Shown one piece after another: positions 27,333 to 39,804 of a DNA stretch of 64,000 bases. The stretch is from Eledone cirrhosa (Eukaryota): assembly GCA_964016885.1 (NCBI GenBank), contig OZ024742.1, positions 260,896,001-260,960,000 on the forward strand, read 5' to 3'. The notes under the pieces were generated by a model. That model made no database searches, was not told the DNA's origin, and saw nothing but the letters and a program-made list of their open reading frames with translations. Position numbers and translations under genes: made by a program. Every line of letters begins with the position of its first letter. The stretch's first letter is position 1.

Positions 27333-27550
27333 GAGTGGATTGGCAGAATTGGTAGAATGTCGGACACCACGCTTCGCGGCATAGTTGCATCCCTTTATGT
27401 TCTGAATTCAACTCCCACCGAGGTTAGCTTTGCCTTTCATCCTTAAGGGGTCGATAAAATAAAGTACCAGTAATGCACTGGTGTCGATTTAATCGACTTT
27501 CCCCTACCCCAAAATTGTTGGCCTTGTGCCTAAATCAGAAACAATTATTT
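27333..27550 (+). mobile_element. SINE family A copy (further copies at ~27925-28125, ~30100-30290 on -, ~55610-55750)
   Basis: Full head, core and tail match to the other copies. Confidence 0.8.
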
Positions 27551-28169
27551 CAACGTGAATAAATTAAAACAATTCTACAGATTTGCTTTGTTAGTTATTG
27601 TCTTACATCTGTTTTTTCTACCTTTTTATGAAACCCAGAGCTTATCCTGCTTTCTTGAGTGTTAAGTGACAGAGTACATGGCTCTCCATTGGATGAGATG
27701 CCAGTCTGTTGCATGGCTGCCTCCACCTAAGCTGCTATTACTAGTACTCATTTTCAGTTGAATGAATTGGACCATCATGAAATGAAGTGTGTTGCTCAAG
27801 GATACAATATGTCACTTGATCTGGGAATCTAACTCATCACCTAAGATTTTGACATATCAAACGGCCTTCTGCCCAACACCCTAACCTCTGGGCCACAAAT
27901 TTTATTATGACTACTACTAAGTAGGGCGGTGGATTGGCAGTATTAATTGGGCATTGTGACATAGAGTTGCGACCCTTTACGTTCTGAGTTCAAATCCTAC
28001 CAAGGTTAACTTTGCCTTTCATCCTTACAAGGTTGTTAAATAAAGCACCAGTAATGCACAGATCGATTTATTCGACTTTCCCCAAACCCAAAATTATTGG
28101 CCTTGTGCCTATATCAGAAATCATTATGATTACTACAAAGTAGTTATGTATGAAATAAATTCTTCCCAG

Positions 28170-28480
28170 GATTACCATTTTATATAGTGTAATGGGTGCA
28201 TTTATCACACCAGCACCATTACAGTGTATTTTATTGTGGCACCAGCAGTACCATTTTACAGAATGTACTGGGTGCATTTCATTACAACACCAGCACTACT
28301 GCTTTACACAGTACACAGGTTGTATTTTAATGTAACACCAGCAGTATTACTTTACAAAGTGTTTTGTGTGTATTTTATTGTGCCAGCAGCACTATCAATC
28401 TATTGAGTGCATTTTAACATGGCACCTGCACTACAACTTTACAGAGTTACTGAATGCGATTTATTGTGGCACCAGGATAA
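28170..28480. repeat. Degenerate tandem repeat (gtgcattttattgtggcaccagcactac..tttacag) related to the RTE/SINE 3' UTR motif
   Basis: About 7-8 imperfect units resembling the reverse complement of the gcacccagcactcactgtaaa tail motif. Confidence 0.6.
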
Positions 28481-29751
28481 CCACTTCACTGAGATGAAAA
28501 ATTTGGCATGATTATAGTGATGTAATCAATTATAATGAGGATGAATGGTGGTGTTGTGTATGTACTCATTTGTGGATTGCTCAGTGATGAGGTCACTTTG
28601 TGTAGAGTGCAGGTGAAGAAAGACCAATGTGCCTGATACAGTGTGACCAGAGATTGCAGGTGTGCAAGTAAATAAGTGTTCATTATGATGATGATGTGAT
28701 GATTCCTTGGGTAAGAATTTACCCTGATCACATAAATGAAATATATAAACCACACTAATTTATTGAATATAACTTTTGTTGAAGTTATACAACACATGAA
28801 CAAATAACCACAGTTGAATTGTGTGATATTATGTATCAGCTATTATTAAAGATGTATTTACCAAACTTCTGTCGATGGGATGAGTTTCGTTGGTCTGGCT
28901 GAGAGAGAGAGATCCAAAGGGGTCGGTGTGTGAGACAATTGACCACTATGTTGTGGCTAATCCGGTATGAAACCTGCAACTGCTGTGGTTGACTCTGGGA
29001 GCAGGCTATTTTTATCAGGATTGCTTCCCTTGTCTCCAGGACTCGAGAATAAGCAGATGGTCATTCGATATGTCAAAATCTTAAACATATTGGTGACTCG
29101 AAGCCGATTCACAATGGAAACTTATCTATGAGGCCATAAAGGTTAGCTTTGTGGTGGCTGCTTGATAGTGTGAAAGAAACTCTATTGAGGAGAGTATCAA
29201 ATTACTGCTACATGATGAACCAAGTTAAAAGTATTTGAAATGAGGAGCTTGAGGACATCATGGTTATAGTGTTTACAACTCAGGTAATTATGGATAGCCG
29301 CCTCACGAGATGTAACAAACACTCACATGAAGTGGAACAGACATAACTGTGTAGTTAAAAAGTTCACTTTGCAATCACATGGTTTCTGGTTCACTCTCAC
29401 TGCGCATGCCACCTTATGCTAGTGTCTATTTTGGCCTCAGGATAACCAATGCTCTGTGATTGAATTATGGTATATGAAAAGTGTGGAAACCCATGTGCGA
29501 GTGTGTTTATGTTTACTGTTTTTTAATGTCCCATAACCTAGCGTTTTTGCAAAAAGAAATCGTTAAAATAAACATCAGACTTGGAAAAGAAAGAAAAACA
29601 ACTAGGGTTAATATGGTCAGTTAAAATCCCTTATTGGTTCCATTCTCATGCCTAAACTGAGAAAAGGCCTACATGGAAACTAATTGCACCACAATAGTAA
29701 ATACTGGGAGATATGAAACAGTATATATCTATATTTATTAGTAATAGTTTG

Positions 29752-30092
29752 ATGGAGGCACATGGCTTAGTGGTTAGAGCATTGGCCTTGCAATCGAAAG
29801 GTTGTGAGTTCAATTCTCAGACCGAGTGATGTGTTGTTTCCTTGAGCAAGACACTTTATTTCACATTGCTCCAGTTTACTCAGCTGTAGAAATAAGATGA
29901 TAGGGACTGGGGTCCCTATCATTCCACTGCAAGTGATCGTGGAGGTGCCACGGCAAAAAAGCACCCAGCACTCACTGTAAATGAGGTTGGTGTTAGGAAG
30001 GGCATCCAGCTGTAGAAATCAAGCCAGCATCAGTTTCCGTCCCACCCTTGCAAGCAGGGAAAAAGCGGACGCGAAATGAATGAATGAATGAA
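29752..30092 (+). mobile_element. tRNA-derived CORE-type SINE (family B) with RTE-derived 3' tail
   Basis: A box TGGCTTAGTGG, B box GTTCAATTC, CORE-like ccttgagcaagacactt..cagtttactcagctgtagaaat, tail matching the RTE 3' UTR, (TGAA)n end. Confidence 0.85.
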
Positions 30093-30679
30093 TAGTTTCT
30101 AATTTAGACACAAGGCCAGAAAATTGGGAGAAGGCAACAGGCGATTGCATCAATTATACGTGACTAGTACTTTATTTTATTTACCTCGGAAGTATGAAAG
30201 TCAAAGTTTTCCTGGGCGGGATTTGAACTCAGCAGAAATACTGCAATACATTTTGTTAGATGCTTTAATGATTCACCAATCCACCACCTTCATTTATTTA
30301 GACATTCGGTTGCGCAAAATAACTTTCTCTGTACTAAACAATGTATTTTGCTGATTAGGGGTAAGTTCTTCCCACTCTATCAATGACACTTCTAATATAT
30401 TCACTACACTCCTCACTAAATCTATAAACATTGTAAATATATTATTTCTTTACATTTGTTTCCAAGTAAAATATGTTTTTAATGTTTAACTGTACCCTTT
30501 CATTAACATGTGTGTACATCAAGTAATTCATAGTTCCCACATAATTCGCTGCTTGATTAAAATATAAGTATTATTCTTTCCGAATGAAAATATAAACATA
30601 TAATAAATACAGCTAATTATTGCTCGGAATCTCACAAATATAATGTACAAAACATGATCAAAAGAAAAGGTAAAAAAAA

Positions 30680-31960
30680 AACCATCAATTCACCACCAAG
30701 TGCGACAATAGACTGCACACCACAAGGGTCAATGGAAAATTTTGAGGCAACCCAATATGCTCGCAGCATTACCATGGGTGATGGTGAGGTTAAGGCACTG
30801 AAACAACCAGGCATCCTCATGGACATCAGCTGGCACCTCGGTAAGGCAAGCTGCCAACAATGACAAGAACATTGCTGTCAGCGACCCAACACAACCAAAT
30901 GTCTCAAATGCCACAGGCTAGAAAAAATAATTATTTGATTGTTCTTGGTATTTTCGGATTTTATTCCATTCGGCAATAGAAGCAGTGACCCTCACATTTA
31001 CCGCGGCATCCATGATGTGGGATGGAGAAAAAGAGTCACTGACCGTGGGGTCCCAGATGAGACACCAACCTCTTACCCAGGGTCAAAGTGTAAGACCATC
31101 TAGCCTCTTCCCATCAACTTTGGATAATCCAGCCAGCTCTAGAACTGAGGGGATATTTACCCGAGTTAGGGCCCACTTAATGATCAAGTTTAGCTTGGTG
31201 TGACCATTGAAGCGACCAGCATTCAGGTGGCAGGACAAACCATGGAGGCCTGTGGAATTGAGGGACCTACCACAGTGACATCTCTGACCCTCACAGACAT
31301 CAGCTCCCATTCAGAGTGCAATGTGGAGATGTGGAGCTTGTTCTGACTGGGAAGGCCACCAATGTTGGCCACATGCAGGGCATTAATCCAGTCCCCCAAG
31401 AATTTTGTGCTTGCAAAAAGTAAGCGGCACCTAGAAAATTGATCAGAATACTCAGAGAGAGTTAAAAGTTTCACTTGAATGCAGATTGTCTCATACTCTC
31501 TGCTTCCGTCTATCCTCGTCAGTATCAAGAACTGACAAACCCAGTTCTTTCCACTGCAGTAAAGCTTCATCCATCTCCCTGGTGGAACTAGTCCATGTTG
31601 GAAAAGAGAGGGTGTCACTTACTAAAGTAGAGCAAGCGTGGATGGAGAAAAGAAAGCAATGTAGAGACAGAGACGAGCATTTACACAGACTGAGACCTCC
31701 AAAACGTTTGGGCAAGGCAGCCTGGTCGCGATACTCTGGAGAGAATCTGACATTGACAAAGCCCTAAAATTCAAAGAAGATTAAGTTGTCAAAGCGTTTG
31801 ACAAGAATCTGGAAAAGGGACTAAATCTGAGGAAATACAACTTAGGAATCGACAAGTAATACCTAAGTATAAAAAAACTTTGGTGAGGCTCATTAATCTT
31901 GAGGTTAGCCAACTTAGATTGAAGGCTTGGTCAGTAATTGGGGCTTCAAGGGAGCACCTC
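30680..31960 (-). mobile_element. CRE-clade non-LTR retrotransposon, decayed 3' part (CCHC knuckle and restriction-like endonuclease)
   Basis: LPKRFGGL, CHCG..HGLSC, GH..LN.II..AL, GLSKVDGKRLDGLTL, LIWD.TV motifs. Confidence 0.8.
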
Positions 31961-32239
31961 GCTGTAATAGCAAAATGAAATTTATTTCAAAAATAGAAAT
32001 TAGCTGCATTTAGATACAAATATGACTAAGAAATAAGTTTGGTTATTTGGAAGCCTGACAATATGTGTTTGTTAAAATCCCAAGGTAGTAAGAAAGTATA
32101 AGAATAAAAAGAACTCAGTGAAGTGAAGTAAAAGAGTGAGGACTATAGAAAGTTACCTTAGCAATTTTTAATGATACCAAATATTTTCGGAATGTTGTGG
32201 GCAGCTGTTCAATTTATTTTGAATAAAACAAATCTTAAA

Positions 32240-32515
32240 ATTGGCTGCACTTGTCACATTCCAACTTGTACACCACGTAGGCATGCAGGCAACAATCAGT
32301 ATTGCGGGTAGGGTAATTGGCTAGGGAGCATCTGTTATCTTCGCTGGGGGTTGTCTTGTTGATAGGCATCTCTGCAGGGAAGGGCCCAAGTGAACCAGCC
32401 TGCTATTGAGGCCCTCTCTCGTGATGGCTTTGCGTATAACCTAGGTAGTCTCTTTGCTGAGATGTGGGATCTTGAGGAAGTAACTACAGTCTGTGTTGAT
32501 CTGGTCTGATATGGA
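32240..32515 (-). mobile_element. Penelope-like fragment (second copy of ~35140-35395)
   Basis: Direct nucleotide similarity (ttggctgcacttgtcacattccaacttgtacaccac...); flanked by ~40-bp direct repeats at ~32189 and ~32525. Confidence 0.75.
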
Positions 32516-32879
32516 GAAACCTGAGGAATGTTGTGGGTGGCTGTTCTATTTATTTTGAATTAAAAAAAACGTTAAAATTTAGTGTTGTTTGCGCATATTT
32601 GAGTATGTATATGATATGTGCATGTGCATGTGTGTATATTTATTGAAAACAGATTTTTAAGGGATAAAGGAGTAAAGGTGTGTAAGCGTAGTTTGGTCTG
32701 CAACATTTTTTTGTTTGCCTGCTAGCTGACCACCCAAAGCCAATAAGAAATTTGCCTGCTGTTAGCATTAGTTGTACCAAACTAGGCTAGTATACAAACA
32801 TTTATTAAACTGGACAGTTGGGATGCTGGCACGATAGTATATTGCGGTTGGACAAGTCAGATTAGCTGCTGTACCGCAT

Positions 32880-34940
32880 TCCTTTTCATTTTATTATTAA
32901 TGGGGAGACTTTCAGAATTTTGGCCATGGTGTTAGCACTTGTTGGTGGTCTAATAAGGGAGGCACAGACATGTGCTATTCCCAAGAGATCCATCAATGGC
33001 AACCTCCATCTCATGTGATACATCATAGAAAGGGTGGCTAAAATACCTGGTATGGGTGGGACACTGATCAACTTGGATCAATCCAAAGCATTCAATAGGG
33101 TCAACCATCGGTACCTGGTGGCAATCCTTGGGCCAGTTTTCAGAGGATGGATAGCTGCTATGCAGTGACATCTGCTCTGTGGTCAGATTGTATGGTCACC
33201 TCTCAGAACCATTCAACATTATGCATTCAGTCCGCCAAGGCTGTCCCCTCTCATCCTTGTTGTATGTATTGACTCTCAAGCCATTACTACACAAATTAGA
33301 GACTTGAGAGGGATCCTGCGTGAACTAGGACATGGAAGATCTGCGTTGGCTTATGCCAACGACATCACAGTCGTAGTGTTGAACACCAAACACATTAAGG
33401 TGATTGGCACTGCTCTGAAGGAATACGAAGCGCTGACAAGAGCAAATATCAACCAGGAAAAATCCGTGGGCCTGCAACTTGGCACATGGAGGAGCAGGTC
33501 CATGCCATCTAACAGTGTCATCAGACGCTGGGCGGATGGGCTGGTTAAATTACCCGGAGTTTGGTTAGGTCCTGACCTCAAGATAGATAGAAATTGGGAT
33601 GAGGTAATGAATGGAGTGGCCAATCTCACCCAGAAATGGGCCAAGAGAAAGCTGTCACTGAATGGTAGGGCAGAGGTGGCAAACATATTCATTACATCCG
33701 TCATCTACTACCACTTGACCTTCATGCCTTGTCCAAAACCCTGTATGATTGCACTGAAGCGTTTGCTCTTTTAACTCTTGTGGAAGGTACATATTCTGAT
33801 GGTCAGGCAGTCCATCTGCTGTCAACAGCCCCTGCATGGAGGACTGGGAATGTGGCTAATGATGCACAGATATGCACTGAGGCTATGACATCTCTATCTC
33901 TTCTTTAACGGTGAACAGGTGTGGTCGCTGTTCATAAGATGCATATTCCCCCAGCTCGTATCCTTAATGGAGCTACAGTCCTGGGTGAAGCGGAGCCCGA
34001 GGGAGAGCGCTTGGAAACTGGAATGTCTTCAGGTGCTTATAGGCCAATATGATCGGTAATAACACCACCTTGGTGTTCTATAGAGGGTTAGTGGCAAATA
34101 AAATCGACAACATTCTTAGGGAAACTCTAGACATTGACAAAAATCAACTAGCCACTCTTTTCGGAAGGACTTTCAGTGCAGGGCCCATGAATAACTTCCT
34201 GAAATCCCTGGCATGGCAGTGCTACCAAGGAGCTTGCCAGTTAGAGATAAACTCTACAGGCATGGAAGTGCCGTCAGCTGGGCCTATCCGAGATGCGTGC
34301 AGGATGACGAAACCGTCCTGCATGCAGTCGTTCAGTGTCCAAGCATTGCTGATTGTGGGTTTATGTTGAACACCTGCAGGACAAATTCAGTTATTAACCG
34401 AGTCCATTGTAAAGATTGTTCTGCCGCCTTCTTTTAGTCAAGAAGAGCAGGCCGTTTTTACATGTCTTGTGGCCATGTTGAAAGAGGTTGTATGGTGGAC
34501 ATGCTTGAAAGGTTTGAAGACAAGCACTTTCCTCTTTGGAGAAGCCTTGATTAACTTGTTCAGATTCCACTTGAAGAGGTAGAGAGAAAAGTGCTGCTTT
34601 CAAAGCAATTTGTTGACAGGTGGGTGAGAGAAGCGACCATGGCCCAAGTGAATGGGCCCTCTCTGTGTGTAAGCCTGTAGATTGGAGGAGTAAAACTGGG
34701 ACGGGGCACTTACCCTTAAGATCAGATCATCCGTGGTTTTATGTTTTTTTTTCTCCATAAATGACCCCCGATCAGCTCCTCTCTATTGAGGAACCTTTGC
34801 TTTAATTTTATTATCTTTTTTTTTAACATTGTTAAAATTTGTTTGTACGCAAAACTCACAGACGAACACACTCTATGTTTTCGTCCTGTACTGTCATGTT
34901 TTTCTTGGTGTAAACCCTTTGTAGTTAAAAAAGAAATCAT
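32880..34940 (+). mobile_element. Decayed L1/Tx1-clade LINE (RT and C-terminal zinc-binding region)
   Basis: LDQSKAF.RV.H, SVRQGCPLS, AYANDIT, W..RKLSL.GR, LPVRDKL..C..DDETVLH..QC motifs; many stops and frameshifts. Confidence 0.85.
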
Positions 34941-34949
34941 TATTAATGG

Positions 34950-35720
34950 GGGACTTTAGTTGCTTAAGAGGGCTTCCTTGATTCTCACCATGCCTATACT
35001 GCGCTCGGTAGTCAAGATGGTGGTAGTTATTTTACTGTCCGTTTCCGCATTCGACGATGTTTTTGCGGAAGGAAGACGAGTTGATGTTAATATGTTCTTT
35101 AATTCGGAGGTGTAAGGGTCGAATAGTGTTGCCAATATAGAATTGGCTGCACTTGTCACATTCCAACTTGTACACCACCTAGGCACGCAGACAACAATCA
35201 GTGTTGCGGGTAGGGCAATTGGCTAGGGTGCATCTGATATCTTCGCTGGGGGTTGTCTTGTTTATAGGCATCTCCGCAGGGAAGGTCCCGAGTGAACAAG
35301 CCTGATGGCTTTTAGTATAACCTTGGTAGTCTCTTCGCCGAGATGTGGAATCTTGAGGGAGCAACTATTGTCTGTGTTGATCCGGTCTGATATAGCTGGC
35401 TCTATTCGTAGCGTTGCTGCGACTGTTGTGTATGCGAGCAATTTCATCAGAAATGTACCCTCTTTTAGAGCTGTTGGGGGAGAGCAGATTTGTAATGGAT
35501 GAAAAGGTCCTTGTTGGCCGCTTTGCGGTAGAAATCGGTGTGGATTTCCCCGCATTCGGTCATGTTCAGTCTGTAGTCAAGCAGGGCGAGGGACCTGGGA
35601 GTCGGAGGGATGTTCCACGCTGAAACTGATGTTTCTGTCAGCGTTGTTGAAAAACTCGAATATCCTGTTGGCATTGTGACAGGAGGATGTGAGGATTTGG
35701 GTACTACCATGCTATTAGCT
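34950..35720 (-). mobile_element. Penelope-like element 3' part (RT thumb and GIY-YIG endonuclease)
   Basis: LLDY..TDFYRK..FIHYKSALP; manual translation gives VVYKLECDKCSQFYIGNTIRPLHLRIKEH; also RIKEALL. Confidence 0.88.
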
Positions 35721-35828
35721 GTCAGAAGTGAAAGTAGGCGAAGGTGACGTCATTTATCAACCTTCTCAATCGTAAACATCGTTTATTTCCGTATTACCAC
35801 GCGTTATTTTAATAAAGCATATCGATGT

Positions 35829-37428
35829 AAGTGGAGTTACTTAAATGAAAATATAGGTGGCCCTTAAAAGGGCCAAATTAGAAAACAAGTCATGGTTATC
35901 AAATAAATTGGATTTAATCATTTATATTTTCATAGTCATGGTTATCAATGTAAAAAACAAGTCATTTTCACCAACAGTGGAATTACTTCTGACAGCTAAT
36001 ACCATGAACTATATTTTCATAGTCATGGTTATCAATGTAGAAAACAAGTCATTTTCCCCAACAGTGGAGTTAACTTAAATGAAAATATAGGTGGCCCTTA
36101 AAAGGGCCAAATTAGAAAACAAATATATGGCTATCAAATTTTTTTCACCAACCCTATACATTTATGAAGAAATGTTTAGAAAACAAATTTTTTTCACCAA
36201 CCTTATTCAAAAGCATGGATACAGTCCACATGGAGACAAGAGACAGTCCCCATGGAGACAAGAGACAGTCCCCATGGAGACAATCCTCACCAATACCACG
36301 TGTAAATAAATAAACTTTAATCTTCACTTTGTGATAATACACGCATTTGCAAGTTGAAAAATATGAATTCTACAATATACCCAAGTGTTAATGGAATTAA
36401 CCATCGCGATCTTTCCATCGCTACCGCTACTACAGCAGATACCATCAATTGGTTGAAAAATCATGGACTTCTGAATACACAAAAGGTCTGCCCTTCATGT
36501 GGTGAACGCATGTTGGAAGTAGCGAAAAAAAATGTGTCAGATGGGATTATCTGGTCATGTGGAAGACCATGTAGAAAACAGGTGTCGATTAGAAAAAGCA
36601 CATTTCTAAAAATAATAATTTAAAGTGTGAACAAATAGTTGATATATTGTATTTTTGGGCAAAAGAAGATTTAGCCAAGAAGATTTCACAGGAATGTCAT
36701 TATCGCGAATGCGGCCGTAGCAGATTTGCGAAATTTTTGCCGTGATGTATGTGCAGAGTATTATATGGCACAAAACATTAAGCTTGGCGGGCCAAACCGA
36801 ATTGTCGAGATTGACGAAAGCGCCTTCGTGAGAAGGAAATACCATGTTAGCCATCTGGTGAAAACACAGTGGGTCTTTGGTGCTTTGGAAAGAGGTACCA
36901 GAAGATGTTTTTTAGTAGCAGTAGAAGACCGGACAGCAGAGACACTTTTAGCCATTATACAGGATCGTATATTGCCTGGCATAACTATAATATTTGATCT
37001 ATGGCGCTCCTATAATACGATCGATCAGCTAGGCTATCAACTGTGAACCATTCATAAATTTTGTTGATCCTGTAACATTTGCCACAACGAATCACATAGA
37101 ATGCTTGTGGAAACATGTAAAGAATAGGAACAAAAGGGAAAACGGAACAGCCAGAAATTTGCTTAAAACCCATCTAATTGAATTCATGTGGCGGTATGAA
37201 TTTAAAGGTGAAATTTTCCAAAAGTTATTAGAACATATTTGTCATCTGTATCCATGCTTTTGAATAAGGTTGGTGAAAAAAATGTTTCTAAACATTTCTT
37301 CATAAATGGTGAAAAAAATTTGATAACCATATATTTTTTTATAAACTTAAATTTATGACTTGTTTTCTACATTGATAACCATGACTATGAAAATATAAAT
37401 GAATAAATCCAATTTATTTGATACCATG
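35829..37428 (+). mobile_element. Merlin (IS1016/ISXO2-like) DNA transposon with long TIRs and disrupted transposase (~36363-37263)
   Basis: CPSC..WSC zinc ribbon, GGPNRIVEIDES, WVFG, D.WRSY, VNHS.NFVDP, TNHIECLW; inverted repeats ~35891-36225 / 37246-37428. Confidence 0.9.
36221..36283 (+). repeat. 22-bp tandem repeat, ~3 units (acagtccccatggagacaagag), subterminal in Merlin
   Basis: Direct inspection. Confidence 0.9.
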
Positions 37429-37559
37429 GTAGTGCCAGGATTTGTATATCGTCCACATATCAAGCGGAGTATTCGGCATTCGAGTCGTATTCATGTAAGA
37501 GATGACCAGTAAACCCGGCAGGCTGAATCTCATGGGTAGTCCAAAGGAAACCGAAAAAG

Positions 37560-38555
37560 GGCGATATCCAATTTTAGTGGACTATTTGCTGCTTACGTGC
37601 TGTAGTTGCTGCTTACTTCAATGTATGAGGCTATTCCAACAAATTTACATTCCCTTTTTTTTAGCCGTTAAAAGAAATATAGATTTATTTATTGTTTTTT
37701 TTTTGCGATTTATTTGCCACTGGGGCATAGATTTCTTTATTTGCCACGTTTTTTTTTTTTTTTTTTTTTTTGCGATTAATTTGCCACTAGAGCATTAGGC
37801 GGGGGAAGTTTTTACAAAAATCAAGTACAAACATTTAACGAGAGAAGCAGCCTTTTGGGGTCACACACCCCCCCGTAGAAAGTGTGCGACCTTTCTGCCA
37901 GGGAGCACAGAGAGAGGGGGTGGGGTGCTCCCTTCTTCTCTTACCTGTACAAGCCGATATAGAGAGATGGCCCACTTACACGGGCCATTATTGCTACTTT
38001 CACCCATCTTTCATGGAATTGGCTGGGACTGAGTGCCTTTCTCTCCACCTTGATCCTTCTTTCGAAGTGGTATCGGAAGAAGAGGACCATTTGTTGGCCG
38101 GCGACATATCCCCACAGTTTCCTCGTTGCAAACGCATCTGAGACATTTCTTTTCCAAGGGGTTTCCGTCCCGGAATCCGTGTCTGTAGAGCCTTTCCCGA
38201 ACGGGCAGGGCCCCTCGGTAGAACTGCCAGGCCAAGGACCCCTGGAAGTTGTCCATGGGTCCCGGGCCGAATGTCCTACCGAACAGGCTGGCCAGGTAGA
38301 ATATATGTCACAAACATTGCTCTCCGACGCTCTACCGATGCCCCAGTGGCAAATAAATCGCAAAAAAAAAACAATAAATAAATCTATATTGCTTTTAACG
38401 GCTAAAAAAAGGGGAATGTAAATTTGTTGGAATAGCCTCATACATTGAAGCAGGTAAGTCACCAAGTAAGCAGCAGCCAGCAGCTAGCAACAAGCAGTAA
38501 GCCACCAAGTAAGCAGAATCAGCAGCAAATAGTCCACTAAAATTGGATATCGCCC
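37560..38555. mobile_element. Foldback structure: inverted repeats (37560-37729 / 38337-38555) around an L1/Tx1 3' fragment (- strand, ~37800-38336)
   Basis: Arms are near-perfect reverse complements apart from a gct/cag-repeat expansion; the interior encodes SLAWQFYRGALPVRERL..CLRC..EETV. Confidence 0.75.
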
Positions 38556-38756
38556 GAAAAAGACGTTGTTGACAACGATGGATAGGAACTTGTGGACGTC
38601 GGTGGTGATGAGGCCGAAACAGTCTAACTCGCTGGAACAGACACATTCAGTGAGTATGTCCACAGCAGGGAGCGCAGGTACCGATTTTTTTTATAAGGAT
38701 ACCACGTCTAGGCTGAAGACATACCTATTGTATTTGTGTGTGTGGGTTCCCTTATT

Positions 38757-39182
38757 ACTGTATTTAAATTGTTTTATTTTGTACTATGTGGAATTTTTGT
38801 CCTGGGCCCGATAATGTAGTCCAAGATATATTATTTTACCGCAGGAACAGCAACGAAGAAGGAGACATTAGATAACATATTTATAAATACAAAACGAACA
38901 AGAAAAACTTGTATAGCACTCTCTAGCGATTAGAGGTACACTGTTATTATACCGTCAATGATACTTCCGGCTCCACTAAATCCACAAACATTGTAGATAT
39001 ATTGTTATTTCTTTACATATATCTCATCTGTGTTAGTAATAACTAATTAACTACGGTAGTTAATTCCGAAAGTTGTCCAGTAGTTGAAAGTTCTGCTTAA
39101 TGTATTAATGTCCTCATCAATTTCATGTGTCATTCAGTACATTTCTCATTATTTCATCCTATAACTACGTTGTTATGTAAGT
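38757..39182 (+). promoter_or_regulatory. Putative promoter and non-coding exon 1 of ZNF paralog 4 (donor 39177; acceptor ends 39447)
   Basis: Closely similar to 215-696; ACTTCCGG 38963-38970; GTAAGT 39177-39182. Confidence 0.65.
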
Positions 39183-39804
39183 AACATTCATATATTTTAC
39201 ACATTTCTTGAATTTTTTAATTAAAAAACAAAACAAAACATTGCTTGATATATGAACACTGGTTCCGGAAATCGATGATCATAATCGTATACATGGAACT
39301 ATATCAAAAGACATAATCCAGATCGTAAATAGACGGATTTTAAAAGTTTATTTTATATACTATTTGATGTTTCTATATATTGAACAGTTCTTAGTATTTT
39401 CTCGTTGTCCCTTATATCATATATCATATGTTGTCTTTTTATTTCAGGTTATCTGATGACATTGGGACAAAAATATTTCACTGAAAATGATCAACTCTTT
39501 TATCAACTTTTGAAAACCAGAAATAACTTCATTGAACTGCTATCAGTCTGTTTCGACAATTCTCGGTTAAATGGATGTGAAATATTTCCTTGTAATTAAG
39601 ATGATTTACAACAACACCTTTATTGATTGCAAATGTAAAAACTGGGATTATTTATCATGATGTTAATTGCTACTAATTTAATGTAGTTATTGATTATCAA
39701 TTACACATTCTGTCTAAAAAAAAAAGCTCATTACAAGTTCTGTCTTAGCAACCAAAATATCTTCAGACAAAGAGCATCATATATATAGATTCTAAAAGAA
39801 AATC

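Noticed and set aside
29752-29825. tRNA gene
   Set aside because: A and B boxes continue into CORE and LINE-tail sequence and recur at ~51110-51182, so this is a SINE head.
36221-36283. Short direct repeats resembling a CRISPR array
   Set aside because: No spacers, eukaryotic context; these are subterminal repeats of Merlin.
38601-38630. gtgatgaggccgaaacagtc hammerhead-like string
   Set aside because: C3 is G, there is no room for a stem II loop and no convincing stem I.
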